NCBI GenBank assembly: GCA_964623625.1
Contig: CAZUUJ010000014.1
Span: forward strand, 110-64,109
Direction: 5' to 3'
DNA from: an uncultured Desulfocapsaceae bacterium
GTDB taxonomy: Bacteria; Desulfobacterota; Desulfobulbia; Desulfobulbales; Desulfocapsaceae
Length of the DNA stretch: 64,000 nt
Part shown: positions 9,132 to 16,736 of the stretch, one piece after another
Position numbering within the stretch: position 1 is the first letter of the stretch
Layout of the letters: each line of letters starts with the position of its first letter
Made by a program: the position numbers and the translations under genes
Notes under the pieces: model-generated
What the model saw: only the letters and a program-made list of their open reading frames with translations
Told to the model about the DNA's origin: nothing
Databases searched by the model: none

Positions 9132-9685
9132 ATGATGAAAAAATTCAGTTGTACCTTGTGCGGTTATATCCATGTGGGCGAAAAACCTCCAGCCAGATGT
9201 CCCCAGTGTGGCGCCACCCAGGATAAATTCATTGAAATAAAAAAGTAGTTCCAGTTAGATGGAATGGGTCGATCAGCGCGTTGCCGGTGTGCCTCAGGGA
9301 TGTGATGAAGAGATCATGCAGGTTTATAGAACAATTTCATGGGGGAATCTACCGAGGTCGGAATGTATCGGGCAATGAGCCGGATGGCCGATCGAGAAGG
9401 ATATCCCGAAGTCGCGGAGGCTTATATACGGATTGCCTGGGAAGAGGCGGAGCATGCCGTCAGATTCGCCGAGCTGATCGGTGAGGAAGTTGAAGAAGGC
9501 ACCGAGGCCAATCTGCTAGCCAGGGTGGCCGCTGAGAAAGGCGCCTGTAAAGGAAAAAAATTGGTACCGAGGCCAGAGAACTTGGTTATGACGCCATCCA
9601 TGACACTGTCCATGAGATGTGCAAGGATGAAGCTCGCCACGGTATGGCCTTTGCCGGTCTACTCAAGCGGTATTTCAGCGGATAA
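9132..9685 (+). pseudogene. Rubrerythrin with N-terminal rubredoxin-like domain, disrupted by a stop codon and frameshifts
   Basis: The gene is split into four segments. 9132-9245 encodes [17 protein letters not shown] and ends at TAG 9246. The MEWVDQR.. segment is in another frame from 9259. 9339-9556 carries EVGMY..EEAEH. About 9556-9685 carries [15 protein letters not shown] in a third frame. Together these reconstitute one rubrerythrin. Confidence 0.8.
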
Positions 9686-9757
9686 GGTATAATAAAGCCA
9701 ACAATTTACAAACCCTGTTACTGTTCAAGTTAAGACGCCAAGGCTGAAAAAGGAATA

Positions 9758-9795
9758 GGGCTTGCGAAGATATGTTCGCAAGCCCTTTTTTTTTT
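9758..9795 (+). terminator. Rho-independent terminator
   Basis: GGGCTTGCGAA-gatatg-TTCGCAAGCCC followed by a run of 10 T. Confidence 0.85.
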
Positions 9796-9798
9796 ATA

Positions 9799-9952
9799 CC
9801 TGAATCCGTGACAGAAACCGTGGCTATCGTTTATAACATATTTATATTATATAGAAATTACTGATGTAACTATTAAACCTTGAATAACAAATACCCTTAG
9901 GGGCATCCGCTAGCACTGCAAGAGCACTTCCTGTGGGGCGCTCACGGATTTT
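9799..9952 (+). mobile_element. MITE-like element, family 1, copy A
   Basis: Left end is CCTGAATCCGTGACAGAAA, the core is AT-rich, the right arm is conserved (..GCATCCGCTAGCACTGCAAGAGCACTTCC..) and the right inverted end is GCGCTCACGGATT. TTATA flanks both ends. Confidence 0.75.
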
Positions 9953-9979
9953 GGTTATAGTGAATCTCGGATGGGTCGA

Positions 9980-10303
9980 TCAGTCGACTGGTTCCATCGG
10001 TTTACCGCAGCAGACAGGAATGGCATCGCCACCCTTCAACTGCATATATTTATTGCATGTCATGCAGAATACGGTGCACTCTTCCACAGCCTTGTCTTCT
10101 GTATAGGTGGTAGTTCCGGGCACCCCTTCAATAACGAATCGTGCCAGATTCTCCTTTGAGGGTATATACTCTCCGATGGCGGTCATCCGCTTATTAGTAC
10201 CTGCACAGTCAACAACAACGCGCCACAACGTCTCCAGGGATGATGTTTCCTGCTCGCTCTCCGGCAGAAATTCGATAACGTTTTTGTCAATATAAATTTT
10301 CAT
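9980..10303 (-). CDS. Hypothetical protein with a C-terminal desulforedoxin-like CxxC...CC motif
   Basis: 107 aa. The C-terminus CMTCNKYMQLKGGDAIPVCCGKPME mirrors the Dx motif of the dfx N-terminus in this same window ([25 protein letters not shown]). Lies 27 nt downstream of the flavodiiron gene on the same strand. Confidence 0.65.
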   Translation of the reverse strand: MKIYIDKNVIEFLPESEQETSSLETLWRVVVDCAGTNKRMTAIGEYIPSKENLARFVIEGVPGTTTYTEDKAVEECTVFCMTCNKYMQLKGGDAIPVCCGKPMEPVD

Positions 10304-10330
10304 AGTATGACCTCTTTTGTTTTCGCTGAC

Positions 10331-11542
10331 TCAACTCTGCTGAGCCTGCTTTTCTTTCATAGCCTGACCCACTTTTCGTCCCAGCTCGATGCAGGTAGGC
10401 AGATCAGATTTCTCAGGAACGTATTTGATCCTGACACCTTCATCAATCACATCAAACTTCATTTCCTCCATGGCCCCGTTTAACAGCTTGACCGACTCAC
10501 CGGACCAGCCGAATGAACCGAAAGCGGCACCAATCTTATTTGTCGGCCGCAGCCCCCTCATATACATGAGAAACCCGGCCATTCTCGGTAACAGACCGTT
10601 GTTCAATGTCGGGCAACCCAGGATGATGGCGCTGGCATTGAGTACTTCCCGCATGACATCACTGCGGTGGTTGTACCGCAGATTGACCAACTGATAGGAT
10701 ATACCCTCCTGCTGCAGGCCGGCACCGATCTCTTTTGCCATAATCTCGGTGGAGTGCCACATGGTATCGTAAATGACCATGGCATATCCCTGGCCTTCAT
10801 GGCGGCTCCACTTATCATAAGCCTCAATTGCTTTCATCGGATCTTGGCGCCAGATGATTCCATGATCAGGTGCCATCATGTCGATCTCAAGATTCATCTC
10901 TTTTACTTTGGCTATCAGCTTTCTGACAAGAGGTGAATAAAGCGTCAGAATATTGGCATAATATTTTGTCAACTCTTCCATGAGAATTGCCTGATCGGAT
11001 TCATCATCAAACCGTTCGCTGGTTCCCAGATGCTGACCAAAGGCATCACTGGTAAACAGAATTTTGTCTTCCTTCACATAAGTGAACATCGAGTCCGGCC
11101 AATGTAGCATCCTGGTTTCAAGAAAAGAGAGTGTCTTCTTTCCCAGGCTGTAGTCCTCTTTGGGATTGACAACTTCGTAAGGCCAATCTTCACGGTGAAA
11201 GTGTTGAAGCAACGCCTTGTGACCCATTTTTGAGCAGATGACTTTCTCAGGCTGGATCAATTCAATCATTTCCGGAAGGCAGCCGGAATGGTCCATCTCA
11301 ACATGGTTGACAACAATATAATCGATCTTCTTCGGGTCGATGACTTCACTGATCCGGCTGATCAGATCCTGCTTCTTACCCTTCTTTACACAATCGATCA
11401 GGGTTACTTTCTCATCGAGAATGAGATATGCATTATAAGTTGTCCCTCTATTTGTGGAATATCCATGGAAATCACGTACATCCCAGTCAATGGCACCGAC
11501 CCAATAGATATTGTCTTTCAATTTTACAGGGTTCATCGTCAT
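10331..11542 (-). CDS. Flavodiiron protein (rubredoxin:oxygen oxidoreductase / FprA type)
   Basis: 403 aa with the metallo-beta-lactamase-like diiron motif NHVEMDHSG (HxExDH) and a C-terminal flavodoxin-like domain. Confidence 0.9.
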   Translation of the reverse strand: MTMNPVKLKDNIYWVGAIDWDVRDFHGYSTNRGTTYNAYLILDEKVTLIDCVKKGKKQDLISRISEVIDPKKIDYIVVNHVEMDHSGCLPEMIELIQPEKVICSKMGHKALLQHFHREDWPYEVVNPKEDYSLGKKTLSFLETRMLHWPDSMFTYVKEDKILFTSDAFGQHLGTSERFDDESDQAILMEELTKYYANILTLYSPLVRKLIAKVKEMNLEIDMMAPDHGIIWRQDPMKAIEAYDKWSRHEGQGYAMVIYDTMWHSTEIMAKEIGAGLQQEGISYQLVNLRYNHRSDVMREVLNASAIILGCPTLNNGLLPRMAGFLMYMRGLRPTNKIGAAFGSFGWSGESVKLLNGAMEEMKFDVIDEGVRIKYVPEKSDLPTCIELGRKVGQAMKEKQAQQS

Positions 11543-11855
11543 ATCCTCCGGTTACAAACTAAAAAAATAAAACTTCCATATATTATTTTTAGCTATTCCG
11601 CCCTTTGCCCTACTAAAGTACGGAAAGCCTGTATTCTCATGCGTAAATTGCTTACCTGTCATGTTTTTTTTGGCAATGACCTGCTTGAATATTGACGGTT
11701 TCCACGCCGTCAACACCTTGCAGCGCCTACCGATGAAATTATTGGCGAGCCGGATACATCTTTTCCGGCCAAACGTATACTGTGGAGATTGCCCTCCCCT
11801 AGGAGGCTGTCCAAAAATGACCTCTCGGACAGCCTGCTAGACAATTTCCTCTTGC

Positions 11856-12014
11856 TTAGATTTCGGAAAACTCATCTTTTCCGGCTGCGCAGACCGGACA
11901 CTCGAAATCATCGTCAAGATCATCGAAAGCCGTACCGGGCTCAATACCCTGACCGGGCTCTCCTTCAGCAGGATCGTACACCCAGCCGCACATATCACAT
12001 CTGTATTTCATCAT
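11856..12014 (-). CDS. Rubredoxin
   Basis: 52-aa ORF below the ORF-track cutoff: [20 protein letters not shown]...[16 protein letters not shown], with CxxCG and CPxC motifs. Confidence 0.9.
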   Translation of the reverse strand: MMKYRCDMCGWVYDPAEGEPGQGIEPGTAFDDLDDDFECPVCAAGKDEFSEI

Positions 12015-12085
12015 GATATTCCTTTTTTATTATTACAGTTATCTAACAGCCGTTTGACACCCTCGGCCACCTCTTTCAATACTGT

Positions 12086-12216
12086 CCTGAATCCGTGACA
12101 GAAATCTTTTTAACCTTGATAATATCCTGATATGACAGACGATTAAATCAAACAAAGCTACAGCACTATCGAATGCACTCCAAGAGCACTTCCTTTAGGG
12201 CGCTCCCGGATTCAGG
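12086..12216 (+). mobile_element. MITE-like element, family 1, copy B
   Basis: CCTGAATCCGTGACAGAAAT ... AAGAGCACTTCCTTTAGGGCGCTCCCGGATTCAGG. ACTGT is present on both flanks. Sits between the rubredoxin and dfx genes. Confidence 0.75.
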
Positions 12217-12250
12217 CACTGTCTTTATTTACCTTATACCTGCAGGTAGA

Positions 12251-12625
12251 TCAAGCCTTCCAGACACCATGAAGATTACAGTGTTCTCTTGCAACTACGT
12301 TATCGGCCTCCACCATGAATGTAGCCACAGGCTGGTCTCCGGGGTTAAGGAACTGACGGTAGCAGGCGTCACCGGCAATGAGTTCGATCCATTCAATATA
12401 ATGATCATCCGCCATGGGATGGGCAACGGAACCAACAGTTACCTGATAACCACCCTCGATCTTTTCCACTACCGGTACATGCTTCTCAGTGGCCGCGTCA
12501 ACGGTATTTTCAGACAAATGCTTCATCGGTGCTCCGCAGCAGCTCATATCGCCTTTGCCTGCGTGAACAACCTCAACAACATTTCCACAGATATCACATT
12601 TATAGATGTTTAATTTGTCAGCCAT
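12251..12625 (-). CDS. dfx: Desulfoferrodoxin (2Fe superoxide reductase)
   Basis: 124 aa. N-terminal Dx domain CDICG..CCG. The centre II ligands are in context (EKHVP, HPM, CNLHG). Confidence 0.9.
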   Translation of the reverse strand: MADKLNIYKCDICGNVVEVVHAGKGDMSCCGAPMKHLSENTVDAATEKHVPVVEKIEGGYQVTVGSVAHPMADDHYIEWIELIAGDACYRQFLNPGDQPVATFMVEADNVVAREHCNLHGVWKA

Positions 12626-12683
12626 TTTAAATCTCCTAATAGTTTTGTTATTCGGCTATGGATAAAACAATAATTACCAGCCG

Positions 12684-12720
12684 AAAAAAAAAGCGGATAC
12701 CGAAGTATTTTTCTGTATCC
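12684..12720 (-). terminator. Candidate terminator after the peroxiredoxin gene
   Basis: On the minus strand: GGATAC, a 14-nt loop, GTATCC, then GC and a T-run. Confidence 0.4.
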
Positions 12721-12759
12721 ACCTTGAATGGTTTTTAATCAGTCTTGCAGATACTGAAA

Positions 12760-13356
12760 TCAGTCATTGCTGTGCTTGGCCAGGTATTCTGCAACACCTT
12801 CAGCAGTCGGTGTCATTGCGTCTTCACCTTTCTTCCAGTTGGCAGGACAAACTTCACCATGCTCTTCGGTGAACTGCAGGGCGTCAAGAACGCGCAGGGA
12901 CTCTTCCACTGAACGCCCAAGAGGCAGATCGTTAACAACCTGGCTTCTGATAACTCCGTCTTTGTCGATCAGAAACAGACCGCGAAGGGCAATGGCGTTA
13001 TTGAAGAGTACGCCGTACTCCTCGGAAATCTTCTTGTCCAGATCGGCAACCAGCGGGTACTGAATGTTGCCGATACCACCCTGATCAACCGGAGTGTTTT
13101 TCCAGGCCAGGTGAGAGAAATGTGAGTCAATGGAGATACCGACGACTTCGCAATTTCGCTTCTTAAACTCGTCAAGAGCCCTGTTGAATGCGAGAATCTC
13201 TGAAGGACAGACAAAGGTGAAGTCCAGGGGATAAAAATACAGGACTACATACTTGCCCTTCAGAGCTGAAAGCTTGAACTCTTCATTAAAAGTATTATCC
13301 GGCATTACAGCGGTTGCCGTAAAATCCGGTGCTTCATTTGTTACAAGTGGCTTCAT
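12760..13356 (-). CDS. ahpC: Typical 2-Cys peroxiredoxin (AhpC/Prx family)
   Basis: Peroxidatic motif DFTFVCPSE and resolving Cys in GEVCPANW. Confidence 0.9.
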   Translation of the reverse strand: MKPLVTNEAPDFTATAVMPDNTFNEEFKLSALKGKYVVLYFYPLDFTFVCPSEILAFNRALDEFKKRNCEVVGISIDSHFSHLAWKNTPVDQGGIGNIQYPLVADLDKKISEEYGVLFNNAIALRGLFLIDKDGVIRSQVVNDLPLGRSVEESLRVLDALQFTEEHGEVCPANWKKGEDAMTPTAEGVAEYLAKHSND

Positions 13357-13404
13357 GTTGTTCTCCGTATTGGTTTTGTATATATATGAATTATAAATTG
13401 CACG

Positions 13405-14052
13405 CTAGGCATCCAAAGCATGTTTTCCTTCATCGGTGATTGAGTACTTACATCGGACCGGACTGTCAACATAGCCCTTCTTCTTTAAAGCGGTTATCCT
13501 GCAGCTGACCTGTTTCGGCTCGAGGCCGGTTGCTGCTGCAATATCTTTAGAACCGCAAGGTTCGTCGCAATTTGCCATGGCATTCAATACACTCTTTTGC
13601 TCTTCAGTGAGAGGTTTAGGTCCACATCCTTTCGTTCCACATCCCATTTCCTGACTCCCTTTCTTTTCTAGTTTTTTTTGACATTCCGGACACAAACCAC
13701 TTACTTCAAGCCTGCACCCCGTTATTGTGTATCCATCACTGTGAATCATGGATGGATCATGAATCGGTTTCTGATCAAGGGTCAGGTTATCGACCCGGTT
13801 ACAGTTGACACAGTAGATATGATCATGGTTTTCCACATCATAATCAAACCGTTTCTGCCGACCGCCTACTTCGAGTTTGGCAACAATTCCGGCCTCTGAT
13901 AGAATTTCCAGATTCCTGTAGACGGTTGCCAGGCTGATTCTGGGCATTCTCTTCTTTATCCGTTCATAAAGCTCATCGGCGCTTAGATGCTCCTTGCTGA
14001 GCTTCAGCTCTTTTAAGATCATCTCGCGCTGATTTGTCATTCGTAACTGCAT
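13405..14052 (-). CDS. Fur/PerR-family regulator fused to a C-terminal Cys-rich linker and a second winged-helix-like domain
   Basis: Residues 1-130 are Fur-like (wHTH, HDH, CVNC...CPEC). Residues 135-215 (CGTKGCG.. LTEEQKSVLNAM..KDIAAATGLEPKQVSCRITALKKKGYV) look like an extra wHTH. Confidence 0.75.
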   Translation of the reverse strand: MQLRMTNQREMILKELKLSKEHLSADELYERIKKRMPRISLATVYRNLEILSEAGIVAKLEVGGRQKRFDYDVENHDHIYCVNCNRVDNLTLDQKPIHDPSMIHSDGYTITGCRLEVSGLCPECQKKLEKKGSQEMGCGTKGCGPKPLTEEQKSVLNAMANCDEPCGSKDIAAATGLEPKQVSCRITALKKKGYVDSPVRCKYSITDEGKHALDA

Positions 14053-14086
14053 AATTAATCCTTTCAGTAATCATTCGCTAATGTAA

Positions 14087-14103
14087 ATGATAACCATTAT
14101 CAT
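14087..14103. promoter_or_regulatory. Fur/PerR-box-like palindrome
   Basis: ATGATAAccaTTATCAT is a perfect 7-3-7 inverted repeat, 35-51 nt upstream of the Fur-like gene start. Confidence 0.55.
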
Positions 14104-14233
14104 GTCAAGCCAAAAAAGAGATCTTTTTCCATTTTCTTTGCCGACACAGTCAAACAAAATAATGACGCAACATTAACCTGTTATAACAAACACGCCTGAG
14201 GGGAACTGGTGCATGGAGGGGACTGAATAATAT

Positions 14234-15820
14234 TTAATTTTCAGTCGGAAAGTGGTCTAAAAACTCAGAAGAGACGGTTCTCACATGCAGATCTCTCTGT
14301 GGGAATGGGATCTCGATATCATTCTCCTTGAGAATGCGCCAGATGGCCAACAGAATCTCACTGCTCACATTCCTTATTCCATGCTCGGGATCTCGAATCC
14401 ATACTCGCAGCTCCAGATCAATGGAGTTGTCACCGAATCCTTTCAGTAGACATTTGGGAGCCGGATTCTTCAGCAGCCGATCTATTCTTTCAGGTACCTG
14501 AAGGCACAGTTTCATGGCAAGATCGACATCACAATCATAGGAGACACCGACAGGAATCTTCAACCTCAACTTGGAGTCACTGTGCGTCCAGTTAATGACA
14601 TTGTTGACCAGCAACGACTCATTGGGAACAAGATATTCTTTGCCGTCTCGTGTTCGGACAAAAACACTCCTGGCACGCATGGAGGTAACCACCCCATACA
14701 CATCTTCAATCTCGATTGTGTCGCCACGCTTGATCGATCTATCCAGGAGCAGGATGATCCCTGAAATAAGATTTGAGAAAATCTTCTGCAAGCCGAAACC
14801 GATACCAACGGACAGGGCCGAAACAAACAGGGTGATCTTGGTCATATCCAGGCCAAGCCCGTATAGAACAACCGGGACCATGGCCATATACATGGCATAT
14901 CGTACCAGAACCCGGATAACGTAACGTCTTCCCGGATCCACGGCACGCGCTTTCAGATAAAAGCGAATACCTCTATACAGGGCGATAAGAACTAGAACAC
15001 CGACAATGACCCTGATGATGTTGAGCGGAGTAACCTTTTTATTCTCAAGTATATAGAGCTCATGGTTGAGAATATTGCCAAAAAAGGTAGCAACACCGGA
15101 AAATGAGCTTTGGGTAGCCTCTCCCAGCTTTCCTCCCCCGGAGATTTCAGAGGCAAGCTGCTTAAACCTGTTTGCCAGGTCAACTGCTTCCGGAGACTTG
15201 CCTGCCTGCTTTAATCCTCTTTTGACAAGCTTTCTGTACTCTCGTATTGAGATTGTCTCATTTTTGAAATCTTCAAGATGGGAAACCAGCAATGCCGTAA
15301 AGCCGCGCAATCCACCACTTTTGGTCTCTGCAAGCTTAACCTGGATGGTTTTCCTCTTCATCAAGGTGAGAAGAATTCCAAAATCCTTGTCGATGGCCTG
15401 CAGACTTTCTTCAGCGTAGCGGATGTTCTTTTCAACAAACTTGAAATCGAGAATTCGCCTGATCGCCTCAGGAGATGTCAACACCTGTTCTTTTAAGATC
15501 CGCTCCCGGATAGTCCCGGCCTCTTTGGTGTATTCTTCGATATTTGAGTTGAGATCCTTGGAGAGAGAATAAAAATCTATCACCTGAAAAAACAACTGAT
15601 TAAAACTATCGACATCCACATCAAGATGGAGAAGATCTCGGGTATTGGAGAGCCTGTCCAGCTTCTCATAAAGCTGTGGCATTTTTCCCTTGATAAAACT
15701 GGTGAACTGCGGTTCTTGAAGAAGGATGGTATCGCCAGTGATTGTGACAATATCACCTTGAGCCAACACCATTATGGGATGCAGCAGGAGGAAAACGAAA
15801 ATAAGGAAAAGTCGTTTCAT
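14234..15820 (-). CDS. MscS-family mechanosensitive channel with a large N-terminal periplasmic/coiled region
   Basis: Has a signal peptide and TM helices, followed by the MscS core (LISGIILLLDRSIKRGDTIEI). Confidence 0.8.
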   Translation of the reverse strand: MKRLFLIFVFLLLHPIMVLAQGDIVTITGDTILLQEPQFTSFIKGKMPQLYEKLDRLSNTRDLLHLDVDVDSFNQLFFQVIDFYSLSKDLNSNIEEYTKEAGTIRERILKEQVLTSPEAIRRILDFKFVEKNIRYAEESLQAIDKDFGILLTLMKRKTIQVKLAETKSGGLRGFTALLVSHLEDFKNETISIREYRKLVKRGLKQAGKSPEAVDLANRFKQLASEISGGGKLGEATQSSFSGVATFFGNILNHELYILENKKVTPLNIIRVIVGVLVLIALYRGIRFYLKARAVDPGRRYVIRVLVRYAMYMAMVPVVLYGLGLDMTKITLFVSALSVGIGFGLQKIFSNLISGIILLLDRSIKRGDTIEIEDVYGVVTSMRARSVFVRTRDGKEYLVPNESLLVNNVINWTHSDSKLRLKIPVGVSYDCDVDLAMKLCLQVPERIDRLLKNPAPKCLLKGFGDNSIDLELRVWIRDPEHGIRNVSSEILLAIWRILKENDIEIPFPQRDLHVRTVSSEFLDHFPTEN

Positions 15821-16326
15821 TTCGCCTTGGTCTGAGAAGCCCTGTAGACCTTCATCCGGCTAACAATCTTTTGGTGGGAAATGATCTTCTGTTTACAGTT
15901 ATACACATCGAGGGAAAAGGGCTCAAACTCTTCATGTCCTTGTTCCGTGGGAGGATAAAAAGCCAGTTCGATTTCGAAACCATTCATGAGTCGAATGACA
16001 AGAGAACCATCCTTACCTAAGCTGAATTGATTATCCTCCGACCTAGCCTGCTTGAGCAGTATCTTTCTGGAATATCGGGAACCATTCAAAGACAGGAACC
16101 TGAATCCATTTCTGTTCCAACCGGAAGTCAGTCGGACCTGAAAGGTCGTGGCGACAGAAACTTTGGCCCTTTTTGCTGGTTGGGCAACTTCTTTTTTTGA
16201 TCGGGCATCGTTCTTGACAATCTTGATCGGCAAAGCATCGGCCACCTTCTTTACCTTTTCCACGCAGCCAGCCTGGAGCAGGAGAATTAAAAAAACGGCA
16301 CCGATTATAGACAACCTGATAGTCAT
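15817..16326 (-). CDS. Lipoprotein, unknown function
   Basis: Signal peptide with lipobox LLQAGC. Stop/start overlap with the mscS-like gene. Confidence 0.6.
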   Translation of the reverse strand: MTIRLSIIGAVFLILLLQAGCVEKVKKVADALPIKIVKNDARSKKEVAQPAKRAKVSVATTFQVRLTSGWNRNGFRFLSLNGSRYSRKILLKQARSEDNQFSLGKDGSLVIRLMNGFEIELAFYPPTEQGHEEFEPFSLDVYNCKQKIISHQKIVSRMKVYRASQTKAK

Positions 16327-16736
16327 AGCGGATTAAATACCTATCCTTACTATTCGCAGTTGTTTTAAAACAAACAGTATCACCATTGATTTCGCCGGCA
16401 AATGATACTGCCGGGAAAAAACTTGTCCTGCACATTGCTCTTCCCCATGTAACCTGGAAGAACAGCCACACCTCAAGTAGGTAATCGTTTATTCCTCGTT
16501 AGAACACTGTTTGCTCAGTTGCTCAACCTTCAGCCAACCAATACATACAGTGCCCTTTTCGCATATCATTCAATGGTGGTAGCAAAAAGGAATAAAAAAA
16601 TCAAATACTTTCTTCTTAAGAACCGGAAATAGCCCTCAATCCTAAAGAGGTTGTTTTGAATTTGAGACAGAATATTTATTATTCGAATATGACTTTTTCA
16701 GAGACCTGAATCCGTAAGCATCCTCAAGCACTACCC

